64,000 bases of DNA from Lingula anatina (taxonomy: Eukaryota > Animalia > Brachiopoda): assembly GCA_051362555.1 (NCBI GenBank), contig CM120642.1, forward strand, positions 7,440,001 to 7,504,000, written 5' to 3'. Position numbers and translations under genes: made by a program. Below the pieces are notes generated by a model. It was not told where the DNA came from and ran no database searches. It worked only from the letters and a program-made list of their open reading frames with translations. This document shows, piece after piece, positions 25,205 to 39,357 of the stretch (position 1 is its first letter; each line of letters opens with the position of its first letter).

Positions 25205-27188
25205 ATGCAAAATAGGTTATTTTGTTAATTTTGATGCAATAATAAATAATGCTTATAATAACACAGTCAGTTAACACTGATTTTTAATCATGCACAACAG
25301 GTAACATGGTCAATAACAGGAGCAGATCCAGAGATATTTTCTGACAGTATTCCAAAGTATCTTTGTTGATCCATCCTCCACTTTTGATGGTCTTCCAACA
25401 GAAAAAAAATTGATACCATTGCAGTCAATGTAAACTTTAAAATCTGACCGTCATCTGAAAGACCCAGAAGACGGCCTCAATCCACCCCTGCAATAAGATT
25501 ACAGTTTCTGGACTATGAGAGTTCAAATTCACATAATGAAAATCCCATTATTTGAAAAATGTTGACAGTGCATAAAATAATATTACATAATGTTTAAAGA
25601 CATAAAAACCTATGCAACTGCTTATGTGGAAATACAGAAAATCTGAAGAGCTTCAGGTGGATGGGAGTTGAAAATGCCAGTGTTTAGAAAAAAAATTAAA
25701 AAGAAAACACACACAAAAAAAAATTCCAATAAAGCTGCTATTCAAACTTTTAATCTTGCTGTATTAACATGATATGAATAACCCCAACGTGTTTGAGGAT
25801 AATAAGGCACTGTTATTCATCTATAGCATTAATGTTGGCATTACACAATTTTTTTTTCTTTTGTAAACTTATTTGCAATATTAAACAGCATTTACCTGCA
25901 TAATTATCACCAATTTCTAATTATGTGACACAGTTAAGAGAGCTTAACCTATAGAAAATGGGTCATTTTGTCAATTTTGATGCAATAATAAATAATGCTT
26001 ATAATAGCACTGTCAATCAACACTGAATTTTAATCATGCACAACAGGTAACATGCTCAATAACTGGAGCAGATCCAGAGATATTTTCTGACAGTGTTCCA
26101 AACTATATTTGTTGATCCATCCTCCACTTTTGATGGTCTTCCAACAGAAAAAAATTGATACCAGTCAATGTAAACTTTAAAATCTGACCGTCATCTGAAA
26201 GACCCAGAAGACGGCCTCAATCCACCCCTGCAATAAGATTATAGTTTCTGGACCATGATAGTTCAAATTCACATAATGAAAATCCCAATATTTGAAAAAT
26301 GTTGACAGTGCATAAAATAATATAACATAATGTTTAAAGACATAAAAACCTATGCAACTGCTTATGTGGAAATACAGAAAATCTGAAGAGCTTCAGGTGG
26401 ATGGGAGTTGAAAATGCCAGTGTTTAGAAAAAAAATTAAAAAGAAAACACACACAAAAAAAAATTCCAATAAAGCTGCTATTCAAACTTTTAATCTTGCT
26501 GTATTAACATGATATGAATAACCCCAACGTGTTTGAGGATAATAAGGCACTGTTATTCATCTATAGCATTAATGTTGGCATTACACAATTTTTTTTTCTT
26601 TTGTAAACTTATTTGCAATATTAAACAGCATTTACCTGCATAATTATCACCAATTTCTAATTATGTGACACAGTTAAGAGAGCTTAACCTATAGAAAATG
26701 GGTCATTTTGTCAATTTTGATGCAATAATAAATAATGCTTATAATAGCACTGTCAATCAACACTGAATTTTAATCATGCACAACAGGTAACATGCTCAAC
26801 AACTGGAGCAGATCCAGAGATATTTTCTGACAGTGTTCCAAACTATATTTGTTGATCCATCCTTCACTTTTGATGGTCTTCCAACAGAAAAAAATTGTTA
26901 CCAGTCAATGTAAACTTTAAAATCTGACCGTCATCTGAAAGACCCAGAAGACGGCCTCAATCCACCCCTGCAATAAGATTATAGTTTCTGGACCATGATA
27001 GTTCAAATTCACATAATGAAAATCCCAATATTTGAAAAATGTTGACAGTGCATAAAATAATATAACATAATGTTTAAAGACATAAAAACCTATGCAACTG
27101 CTTATGTGGAAATACAGAAAATCTGAAGAGCTTCAGGTGGATGGGAGTTGAAAATGCCAGTGTTTAGAAAAAAATTAAAAAGAAAACA

Positions 27189-27222
<34 letters not shown>

Positions 27223-27450
27223 CCAATAAAGCTGCTATTCAAACTTTTAATCTTGCTGTATTAACATGATATGAATAATCCCAATGTGTTTGAGGATAAT
27301 AAGGCACTGTTATTCATCTATAGCATTAATGTTGGCATTACACAATTTTTTTTTTCTTTTGTAAACTTATTTGCAATATTAAACAGCATTTACCTGCATA
27401 ATTATCACCAATTCCTAATTATGTGACACAGTTAAGAGAGCTTAACCTAT
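25205..27450. repeat. About 740-bp tandem triplication
   Basis: GCAGATCCAGAGA at 25322, 26068, 26808; copies 2 and 3 nearly identical; diverged fourth copy from about 29720. Confidence 0.9.
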
Positions 27451-30428
27451 AGGACTTGAATGGGAAATCTCAACGTGTGTTTTATGTAATCTTATTTAAT
27501 GGGCACTTGAAAATCAATTAGGCAAGTAATTTTATAGCTCTGAATTTAGCTAGTGATTATCCCAAGGGACAATTACCACCATCCATAAACAGTAGCCCCA
27601 TATAGCACTCCATAGAGCTGCATTGCTTCCAAAACAGAAAACAATCACACTGATTTCCAACACAAGCTACACTTCAGTCCTATGAAACTTTTCAGTAAGT
27701 TAGAATATCATAAGTAAAATGGTTTTTCCTTAATGGTCATCCCAGCAGCGATGTCCAAAAAAGGTTTTTTTCATCTTTTACGCAATTTAACATAATGCTT
27801 AACAGCACAATGGCCATCAATTTTTAATAATAAAGTAAATGTATCATAACTATTCAAAAGATGTGACTAGCAATGGTATTCAAGCCAATGGAAGTTCAAA
27901 GACTAAGTCACACCTTGAAAATGTCCATATGTGAAAATTTTAATTGTTACAAAAAACTATATAATTTCCAAGAAAGTTAACCGATATAACAGGTTTTCCA
28001 ACTGAAGCTATAATTTAGTGCTATGCTACATTTCTGTAAGTTTGAGAAGAGTAAGTGACTTGGTTTTCCTTTAATGGTCACTGTGGAGGCATTGTCTAAA
28101 ATGGGGTTGTCTTCAATTTTGATGCAATATTACATAATGCTTAACCGCATAATGACCATCAATTTTTAATAATAAAATAAAAGTATCATGGATATTCAGA
28201 AAATTTGATATGGAAAGGTCTTCAGGGCCATGGAAGTTCAGAGTCACAACTTCAAAATGCCAAAATGTACACAAGAGATAACTGTACTGAAATGAATTTC
28301 TTTCCACTTTCAACACTTTTTTTACATATATCAAAATAATCAATTTACTGTCGTTTTTAAATGATCAACTAAGAAAGTTGTTGACATAGGAAAAATATCA
28401 ATAGAACAATTTCAAATGTCCAATTTGTTCCATTCTGAGATTCTGAACATGGTAAATGATTGAATCTGACAAACTGTAAAGATATGAGTTTATTTCCATT
28501 TTTGACACTTTATTACACAATGCACAATAACAGGTTTACCATCATTTTTATATAATCAACTAACAATATTGTTAAGAAGCAGAAAATGTCAAAAGAACAC
28601 CTTTACATTACTAATTAGTTCACAAATGAGATTGTTAACATGCCTAAGAATTAAATCCGAGGAAAAAAGACTTATATACAAAAAAATACAGAAAATGCAC
28701 AGCACTTCTGGTGGATGGGAGTAAAAAATCACATCTTGAAGATGCTAGTGTTTGAAAAATAATTTTAAAAAAATTTTAAATAAAACGTAAAAAATTCCAA
28801 TAAAGCTGCTATTCAAACTTTTAATCTAGCTGTATTAACTTGATATTAATAACCCCACCAAGTTTGAGAAAAATAAAGCACTGTTATTCATCTATAGCAT
28901 GTTGGCATAACACATTCTTTTTGTTATAAATTTATTTGCAATGTTTAACACCATTTATCTGCACAATTATCACCAAATCCTAATTTTGTGACATAGTTAA
29001 GAGAGCTAAACCTATGGGACTTTACAGGGAAATCTCAAGGAGTGTTTTATGTAATCTCATTTAATGGCCAATTGAAAATTAATTACTAGGCAAGACTTTA
29101 TAGACCTTAATTTAATTAGGGATCACCCAAGGGACAATTTCATACAGTACCATCATATAGCACAAAGGTGTTATAGGTGTTGCATACATGCTGAAAAAAG
29201 TGAAAAAAACAGCATAACTACCCTAAAAATGACCCGATCATGCTGATTTTCAAACTTGACCTGCGTATTATAAATATTCATTAGTTCTGCAAGTTTCAAG
29301 CCAAAATGTAAAATGATTTTTCACTTATCATGTTATCAGTGTTGTATATATGCTGAAAAAAGTGAAAAACAGCATAACTTCCATAAAAATGACCCGATCA
29401 TGCTGATTTTCGAACTTGACCTGCGTATTATGAATATTCAGCAGTTCTGTAAGTTTCAAGGCAAAATGTAAAATGGTTTTCCACTTATCGTGTTATCGGT
29501 GCTGCATACATGCTGAAACAAGACAGCACTGTTCTGCAATGGGTTTACTTCTATTTTTAAAACCCTTTTTGAACATAAAACAAACTAGAGGATCAGAGAG
29601 GCGATACCGCCTCTGGATATTGTACCACCAGCTGGAGTAAGCGCATTCGTATGCCCCCCCCCCCCCCCCCACCAAAAAAAAACAAGGCAGCAAAGCTGTC
29701 AAATGTACAGACAAAAAACAGGAAAAAAAAGATGCAAAATAGGTCAATTTGTCAATTTTTGATGCAATAATAAATAATGCTTATAATAGCACAGTCTGTC
29801 AACAGTGATTTTTAATCATGCACAACAGGTAACATGGTCAATAACAGGAGCAGATCCAGAGATATTTTCTGACAGTATTCCAAAATATCTATGTTGATCC
29901 ATCCTCCATTTTGATGGTCTTCCAACAGAAAAAAAAATACATACCAGTCAATATAAACTTAATTAATTGACTGTCTTCCGGAAGACCCAGAAGATGGTCT
30001 CAATCCACCCCTTCAATAAGATTACAGTTTCAGGACCATGAAAGACCAAAGTCACATGATGAAAGTCTCAATATTTGAAAAATTATGACAGTGCATAAAA
30101 TAATATAACATAATGTTTAAAGACATAAAAACAATACAACTACTTATGTGGAAATACAGAAAATGAGCAGAGCCTCAGGTGGATGGAAGTTATAAGTCAC
30201 AAATGCCAGTGTTTGAGAAAAAAATTAACAAGGCAGCAATTGTTGATTATTATTGATTATTGTCCGCTTTGGCCCACTTCTGACAGTTCCTGAAAATTTC
30301 AGCAAAATCGGTCCATAACTTTTTGAGGTATGTTGATGACAGACAAACAGGGGTGAAAATATAACCTCCTTGGCAGAGGTAAATATAATTCCAATGAAGC
30401 TGCTATTCAAACTTTTAATCTTTGAGTT

Positions 30429-30430
<2 letters not shown>

Positions 30431-30478
<48 letters not shown>
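30431..30478. repeat. (AT)n microsatellite
   Basis: About 24 perfect AT units. Confidence 0.95.
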
Positions 30479-30480
<2 letters not shown>

Positions 30481-33400
30481 AAAACTTATTTGCAATATTA
30501 AACAAAATTTACCTGCATAATTATCACTTATCACTTCCTTATTATTAATCTAGCAGAGAGCTTTACCTTTGGGAGTTTACAGGGAAATATCAACAAGTGT
30601 GCTTTATGTAACCTCATTTAATGGCCTATCAATTAGGCAACTTTATAACACTGAAATTAGCTAAGTGATACCCAAGGGAAATTTACAGACTAACCCTCTC
30701 AAAGGTCTTTCAGGCCCATAAGTCACAACTTAAGAAAAGCACAAAACAATAATGCACAAAATAGGAGACTACCAATTCTGATGCAATAATACATTATGTT
30801 TAACTGCACAGTCAACATTAAATTTTAATTTTGCACAACAGGTAACACCGACGAAAGTAAAAGCATAAGGCTTCAGGCCCATCAGAGTTCAAGTTTATGC
30901 TTAGAAAGTGCCAGAATGAGAAAAATGAAAATTTCACACAAAATTGAATAAAATTCAATAATAAATGATAACCCAATTGACCTGGCTTTCTAATTTGAAC
31001 TACATGCCAATCCTAAAAATCATACTAATAAGTTAAATATAATAATAAACACAGTTTTCTTTTCATAATGTTTGCAGTAACAGTGCAAAAAGATTATTGT
31101 CAATTTTGATGTAACATTACATAATAAATTATAGAATAATTATCACCAATTTTTGATTATTGACTATAAATAGCATGGACATGTAGAAAATTTGATTACC
31201 ATACGGCTTCATGTCCATGGGAGCTCCGAGTCCCACAATGAAAATGCCAAAAAGATAATGAATATTTCACTAAAATGTATAACTTCCAGAAAAAGAAGCC
31301 AATTAGACTGCTTTTCCAACTCGGGCTGCATTTTAGTCATGTGTTTCTTTTTTGAAAGTTTGACAATCATAAGTAACACGGTTTTCCCATAATGGTCATC
31401 ATGGCAGCAGCACCAAAAATTGTGTTTTCTTCTATTTTGATGCAACATTACATAATGCTTAACAGCATAATGACCATCAATTTTTAATAATAAAATATAC
31501 GTGTCATGGATTTTCAGAAAATGTGACTAGTATGGGTCTTCATGCCCATGGAGGTTCTAAGTTGCACCTTGAAATTGCCAATAAGTGAAAAATTAAATTT
31601 TCACAAAAAACTGTTAAATTGCAAGAAAAATTTACCAAACAGAATGCATTGCCTACTGAGGCTGTATGTTAGACCCATGTTTCTTTCTTGTAAGTTTGAG
31701 AATAGCAAGTGACATGTTTTCCCTTAAATGGTCATCATAGGAGCAGTGCCCTAAATAGGGGTTTCTTCAAATTTTGATGCAACGTTACATAATGTTTAAC
31801 AGCATAATAACCATCAAATGATATTAATAAAATATTAGTAACATGGACATTCAGAAAACATGACAAGCAAAGGTCTTCAGGCCCATGGAACTTCAAAGTC
31901 ACATCTTGAAAATGCCAAGCACTGTCCTGAAATGGGTTTATTTCCATTTTTAACACTTTTTTAACATTAAACAAAATAAACATTTTACTGCCATTTTTAT
32001 ATGACCAACTAAGAAAATTGATGAGATGGGGAAAAGTATCAATAGAACAGTGTTAAATGTCCAATTTCCTCCATTCTGAGATTCTGAACACACTGAATGA
32101 TTGAATCTTACAAACTGCAATGATATGAGTTTGATTCCATTTTTGACACTATATTACACAATACACGATAACAAGTTTACCATCATTTTTACATAATCAA
32201 CAAACAATGTTGTAAAGATGCAGGAAATGTCAAACAAACACTTTTACGTATCTTATTACTTAAATAATGAGACTGTTAACATGCCTAATAATTGAATCTG
32301 AGGAAATGTGAAAAAAACAGAATAACTTCTAAAATAATGGTCCGATTATGCTGATTTTCAAACTCAACCTGCCTTTTAGTAAGATTGACCAATCCTGTGA
32401 GTATAATGACAATTGGCCAATCCGTTTTCCACTTATTGTGTTATCAGTGCTGCATTTATATTGAAAAAAGTGAAAAAACAGCATAAATTCCCTAAAAGTG
32501 ACCCGATCATGCTGATTTTCGAACTTGACCTGCGTATTATGAATATTCATCAGTTCTGTAAGTTTCAAGCCAAAAGGTAAAATGGTTTTCCACTTATTGT
32601 GTTATCGGTGCTGCATATATGCTGAAAAAGTGAAAAAACGGCATAAATTCCCTAACAAGGCAGCAAAGCTGTCAAATGTACAGACAAAAAGAAGGAAAAA
32701 ACAAAATAGGGTACAGTCAATTCTGATGCAAAAGTACATTATGTTAAACTGCAAATTCAACATCAAATTTTAATTATGCTCAACATGTAATTCCAATGTA
32801 AGTAAAATATGTAACAAGCATAAGGCTTCAGCCCCATAGGACTTCAAGTTCAAATTCTGAAAATGTATAACTTCCAGAAAAAGAAGTCAATTAGACTGCT
32901 TTTCCAACTCAGGCTGTATTTTAGTCCTGTACGTATTTCTTTTTTGAAAGTTTGGCAATCATAAGTAACATGGTTTTCCCATAATGGTTTTCATGGCAGC
33001 AGCACCCAAAATTGTGTGTTCTTCTATTCTGATGCAATATTACATAATGGTTAACAGCATAATGACCGTCAATTTTTAATAATAAAATAAAGGTATCATG
33101 GATTTTCAGAAAATGTGACTAGCATGGGTCTTCAAGCCTGTGGAACTTCAAAGTCACACCTTGAAAATGCCAATATGTGAAAAATTAAACTTTCACAAAA
33201 AACTGTTTAACCAGCAGAAAGAATTACCAAACAGATTGCATTGCCTACTGAAGCTGTATTTAAGTCCCATGTTTCTTTCTGTAAGTTTGAGAACAGTAAA
33301 TGACATGGTTTTCCTTAAATGGTCATCATGGGAGCAGTGCCCAAAATAGGTTTATTTTCAAATTTTGATGCAATATTACATAATGTTTAACAGCATAATG

Positions 33401-34762
33401 ATCATCAATTTTTAATAATATCATGTATATTCAGAAAATGTGACTAGCAAAGGTCTTCATGCCCATGGAACTTCAAAGTGACACCTTGAATATGCCAAAA
33501 TGTAAACTAGACAGCACTGTGCTGAAATGGGTTTATTTCCATTTTTAACACTTTTTTAATATAAGATAAAATAAACAGTTTACTGCCATTTTTATATGAT
33601 CAACTAAGAAAATTGATGAGATGGGACAAATATCAATAGAACTGTGTCAAATGTCCAATTTCCTCCATTCTGACATTCTGAACATAGTAAATGATTGAAT
33701 CTGACTGATATGAGTTTATTTCCATTTTTGACACTTTATTACACAATACACGATAACAAGTTTACCATCATTTCTACATAATCAACTAACAATGTTGTAA
33801 AGATGCAGGAAATGTCAAACAAACACTTTTATGTGTCTCATTAATTAAATAATAAGACTGTTAACATGCCTAAGAATTGAATTTGAGGAAATGTGAAAAA
33901 ACAGCATGACTTCTAAAATAATGGCCCAATTATACTAATTTTCAAACTCAACCTGCATTTTAGTAAGATTGACCACTCCTGTGAGTTTAATGACAATTGG
34001 TCTATCTGTTTTTCTTATATTGTGTTTACAGTGTTGCATATATGCTAAAAAGTGAAAAAACAGCATAACTACTAAAATAGTGGCCCGATCATGCCGATTT
34101 TCGAACTTGACCTGCGTTTTAGTAAGATTGATTACTCCTGTGAGTTTCATGACAACAGGCCTATCGGTTTTCCTTAAAATGTGTTAACAGGGTTGCATAT
34201 ATGCTGAAAAGAGAAAAAACAGCATAACTTCTACAATAATGGCCCGATCATGCTGATTTTCGAACTTGACCTGCGTTTTATGAATATTCATCAGCTCTGT
34301 AAATATAAAGCCAAAAAGTAAAACTGCCCTCCACTTATCGTGTTAACAAAGAAAGTGCACGGCACCGGCATCGGCATCGGCGACGGCGACGACGGCGACG
34401 ACAGACGCAGGTGATGGCAATATGTACAGACACATCTGTGTCTGTACATAAAAATGGCCCAATCATGCTGATTTTCAAACTTGACCTGCATATTATGAAT
34501 ATTCATCAGTTCTGTAAGTTTCAAGCCAAAAGGTAAAATGGTTTTCCACTTATTGTGTTATCGGTGCTGCATATATGCTGAAAAAGTGAAAAAACAGCAT
34601 AAATTCCCTAAAAATGGCCCAATCATCCTGATTTTCGAACTTGACCTGCGTATTAAGAATTTTCATCAGTTCTGTAAGTTTCAAGCCAAAAGGTAAAATG
34701 GTTTTCCACTTATTGTGTTATCGGTGCTGCATATATGCTGAAAAAGTAAAAAAACAGCATAA

Positions 34763-37700
34763 CCCAGCAGGCACACAACGTTGATTCAACGTTGAATCAA
34801 CGTTGATTCTCAACGTTGAATCAACGTTGAATTTATGTTTGAAAACGGAAGTTTGTGTCAACGTTGAAAAGTCAACGTTGAATCAACGTTGAAAAGTCAA
34901 CGTTGAATCAACGTTGAAAATTCAACGTTGAATCAACGTTGGCAATTCAACGTTGTTTCAACATTAGAAATCTCAATTAACGTTGATTATATGTTGATTT
35001 AGCATCGATTATATCTTGATTTAACATCAAATAAAAGTTGAGACAAATAGCATTTTCAATGTCTTTATTTTGTCACTGCATAAAAGGAAAAATGCTGCTA
35101 ATTTAAGTAGTTAAAATATACATAGTTTACAACATAGCAATAATAAATAAAAAACTAAGAACAACACTTTTTTTTTTTACAAAACAAAGCTGCACATCGA
35201 ATCTGAACTAACACAAAAATTGTAATTAATTATGTATGTACATAGTGGGGGGGAGGGATTTTTGCACACCTTAACCTAAATTATACTATACATTGTCATT
35301 TTTAAAGTAAATTATAATTCAAACATATCATTAATAATCATAATCACTAGTTCTGTAATAAATAAATCTTGAATAATGAATGAAAAAACATTGTTTTTTA
35401 GATGACAGAGAGTTCATCATAACAAAATTATAAATAACCATGCAGTAACTGTTTCAATTAAACTTGCATGCTGTCTACATACATGCACTCTGAAAAAAAG
35501 AATTATGTAAACCCCATAGATATAGATGTACAATAAAAAGACAATTACATGTGCACAAACACAAACCCCAGTATATTGTTGATGCTTTTGAATGAAATTA
35601 CATCATGAATAAAATCACTCAATGAGTTGAACCAGTTTGGAACACTTGTGCTTTTTTCATATCCATATCACTAAGAAATGATACATCAGGCTCCTTGACA
35701 AGCTAATAATAATTAAAGGAATTAACAATGTAACAAGTACATCTACCAAATTAACAACAGCTCATTTAAATGTCAGGTAAAAACACAACATCCCTTCCTT
35801 TGTTAAAGAGAATTAAACTGTCCTTTCAAATATGCTAATTGACAGTTCAGTCTTTAAATTGTCTTTTCAAACATTTGCAGGATAACATATGAACTCCAAC
35901 TATAATTATTCTAACCACATTGAAAATTCTCAAATCTAATCAACTCATATCAAACCCTACCCTCTACCAGGGCGACTGATAGATTTTTACGGATATTCAC
36001 AGATATGTCTTTAGCTAGATTAGTCACTTGGAGCTTAAAATGACAATCTATCTAGCTAGAGACATATCTGTGAATATCCGTAAAAATCTATCAGTCGCCC
36101 TGGTAGAGGGTAATCAAACCCCATGTCCCTTTCACTACAATACTACAAATTCCACATGGTCTCTTTCTTTGTCTGCCTTTAAGTCACATTCAAATGCTCC
36201 CTTCACTTTAAAGGTTTCTCAGACGTGTCTGAATAATACTGTTTGTTTTGTGGTCCTCCACAAGAGCCTGAGACGCATTTTTTTTTCTTGGATTGCAGCA
36301 TTCCCCATGCATTTTCATCAATGATATTACAATATGCGCCTGAATCTGGTAATACAGCTAGTACACTGAGATTAATGCCGTCTATCTCTATTTCCACCAA
36401 GTCTCAGTGTATATTGCATTGGTTACCCCACACCAAATGTATATGCACTCCTGGATTATCATGTTCATAACTGTCATATACATGAATATTAGTTTCAGTT
36501 TTGCAGACTTGTTGCACGTTCCATGTTTTCTCAGTCGGGGTGGTTTCTACTTCGTTTTTTCATGTCTGAACTCGTGGTGTTTAGACTGAGTTGGTTTGTC
36601 AAATGACTTCGGTTTTTAACATACTCACAGTTTCTGGAGTTGCACTTTCATTTAAAGTGTTAACAGTCTATGTGTATCCATGTTTCACACCTGCAATATG
36701 TTTGGGAGAGTCATGAAAATATCTTGTACACGTCCCCCTGAATGCTACATCAGCGCACGTCTCTTCTGACATGTATTTTTTAATTTTCTGTCTTTGTTCA
36801 TTATTTCTTTTCGTCCGTTAGTTCTGAAACGATCAAACCTTTTCCGTCAGCAAATGATTTATCTCTATCTTTCTCATCCTGCAAACTGTCTAGCCAGCGT
36901 GGCCCGTATTTCTCCGGACTTCTGTACGCTTCGAATTTCGTAATTTCACGTTTTTCCTCCATTTTCTCAAAGAAAGTTGGCTCGTAGTTTTGCACTAAAG
37001 TTAATCCTCGTCTCCAGTGTTGATGCCTTCGAATTATATCGCATCACGAATCGAATCAATCAACGAATTGTATCAGTTTCATACGCCTGTGCTTCTTCGT
37101 ATCCACAACTCTAAAAACGCTACATCCGGGTACTTGACCGGCTTGTCATAAAAAGCGGAATTTAAGAATAGCGGAACGAGTACTTAGCTCTAAAAAGTTA
37201 ACAGTTCATTCAAATGTCAAGTCCAATTTATATCAAATAGTGCAAATATGATGAGGGGACTTTGAAGAAAAGAGAGAAAGAGAGAGATAAATCAAAATTG
37301 ATCAAATGACGTTAGTTCAATGCATTCAACTCACTTGTCAATAAAAAAAAAAATAGACAAAAATTAAATAATTAAAATTATAAAATAAATAAAAAAATAA
37401 AATAAATGACATCACCAAATATTGGCTTGATGGCAATATATATATATATTGAATTTGTTGTCGTTGAATCAAAGTTGAATCAATGTTGAAATGCCAACGT
37501 TGAATTTGTTGTCGTTGAATCAACGTTGAATCAATGTTGAAATGTCAACGTTGAATTTGTTGTCGTTGAATCAAAGTTGAATCAACGTTGAAATGCCAAC
37601 GTTGAATTTGTTGTCGTTGAATCAAAGTTGAATCAACGTTGAAATGCCAACGTTGAATTTGTTGTCGTTGAATCAACGTTGAATCAACGTTGAAATGCCA

Positions 37701-37897
37701 ACGTTGAATTTGTTGACGTTGAATCAACGTTGAAATGCCAACGTTGAATTTGTTGTCGTTGAATCAACGTTGATTCAACGTTGAAATGTCAACGTTGAAT
37801 TATGGTCGTTGAATCAACGTTGATTCAACGTTTATCAACGTCTCAACATAAATTCAACGTTGATTCAACGTTGAATCAACGTTGTGTGCCTGCTGGG
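34763..37897. mobile_element. CCC-ended DNA transposon (CMC/EnSpm-like) with CAACGTTG palindrome arrays
   Basis: TIR CCCAGCAGGCACACAACGTTGATTCAACGTTG; TSD TAA (34760-34762, 37898-37900) splitting the host repeat CAGCATAAATTCCC; arrays 34775-34965 and 37448-37885 (51-bp period). Confidence 0.9.
36170..36520 (-). pseudogene. Gypsy gag-end/aspartic protease fragment inside the transposon
   Basis: VEIEIDGINLSV...LPDSGAYCNIIDENAW...EKPLK. Confidence 0.7.
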
Positions 37898-39357
37898 TAA
37901 ATTCCCTAAAAGCTGGCGACGACGAGAGTAACAATTAAGCGTAACAGAGATAGGCATCCATTGTTCTCTGGGTTCTATTCATTCCGACCAATGAGAGACT
38001 GTAATACGGGCTCCGCCCCCACGCGTGTAATCTCCTTCTGTTATAACTCCTTGGTCAGACTAAGCACATATTCAGTTCATTAGGTATTCTTGTGATGAAG
38101 CACCGAGTTTTTGGTACTACATGTATTATAATCCAAAATGCAAGAGAATTATGGCACAGAGTGTTTTCTTCACCTGTGCTGGTTTTCTGCTCCACTTCCA
38201 TATACCTGGTTATTTGAATAGCATTACTATCTGATGAAAGTGCTCTTCCCTAGAAATAAGTGTCTAGTTCAATTACCTGTGCCAGGATCAAAGAATGCCC
38301 AATTTTGACTCATACAGTCTCAGAATATTCATATGTATGTGCTCACATATGTTCATGTTTGGGCCTTGAGTCACTGGATTAGGACCAGCTAAACAAGTTT
38401 GGGGAAGTCACGTTCACTGCATTAATTTTATTCCCATGTACATGACAGCGAGCATGTTCCTCCAGTCTGCTGTCAAGATAGGGAACACAATGGCAAGCAT
38501 AAGACCTCATTTACATTTTAATGTCACCACCTGGCTAATTTTGAATACTGGAGTGTATATTTATCGTGGCCTTGGTCAATAATCTATTTATAATCTATCT
38601 ATTCAGAATATGATTTGTTTTCCTGTTATCGGTGCTTCATTGTGTGGACTAATCAGTATGATCAAGGAGTTATAACAGAAGGAGATTACACGCGTGGGGG
38701 CGGAGCCCGTATTACGGTCTCTCATTGGTCGGAATGAATAGAACCCAGAGAACAATGGATGCCTATCTCTGTTACGCTTAATTGTTACCCTCGTTTAAAT
38801 CTCGTTTGTTAGTATCTGTGCCTTCGTCTGTTGATTTTTGAGGACAGAAACAGAAACGGAGCCCCAAGTTTCTAAAAAATGAGAGAAATACAGAATTTAT
38901 ATGATATTACGTTGGACAAGGTTTTCAAAAAACAGGTGCTTTTAAATGCATAACTACTCGAAATATGAAGATAAATTGCAACTTTTATGCCGTGGGGTCT
39001 CACTGTGTAAGTGTCCAGCTCCACATCGATCTCGCGAGGTGGTGTGTGGAGCATAAATATTGCACGAAAAATATTTCCCACTCATAACAAGTGCTTATAA
39101 ATATAGTATCAGATGAAGAAAGTTTGGTCTTTATACAGTTGCAATTGTTAAGTAATTTGTGGCAATAGCAAAGAATAAAACTTAGGTGCACTTTCAGTAG
39201 CCGAATAAGCAGATGCTTAAGCCGCCATCTTGTTAATATTTCGAAAAAAAATTACTCCTAAAGACATTTTCCTCTTACTTTTTGAAACTTGTGTCACATG
39301 ACAGTCATAAAATTTAACTAATTGTTATGTGTGCAACACACTTGCTTGAGCAGTATT

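Larger units (their letters stand above)
25155..34762. repeat. Mosaic block of HINE-family copies and derived tandem repeats
   Basis: The ACAAGGCAGCAAAGCTGTCAAATGTACAGAC start recurs near 25156, 29682 and 32655; near-complete copy about 32654-34453 with the same terminal hairpin as 13742-16128; about 160-bp units at 29170-29520, 32300-32650, 33890-34760. Confidence 0.8.
22891..38053. mobile_element. P/Galileo-like non-autonomous element, copy A (interior replaced by a repeat block)
   Basis: 31-bp TIR CAAGGAGTTATAACAGAAGGAGATTACACGC at both ends; 22891-25155 is the reverse complement of about 43408-45434; 37921-38053 is the reverse complement of 38663-38795; 7-bp flanks ATCATAC and GTCAGAC. 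Confidence 0.8.

Noticed and set aside
37338-37727. ORFs with a 17-aa repeat (IQRQQIQRWHFNVDSTL)
   Set aside because: Product of the 51-bp DNA repeat period.
37448-37885. Regular palindromic repeats resembling a CRISPR array (also 34775-34965, 41820-42240, 45450-46020)
   Set aside because: No unique spacers, no cas genes, eukaryotic context; they are subterminal arrays within TIR/TSD-bounded elements.
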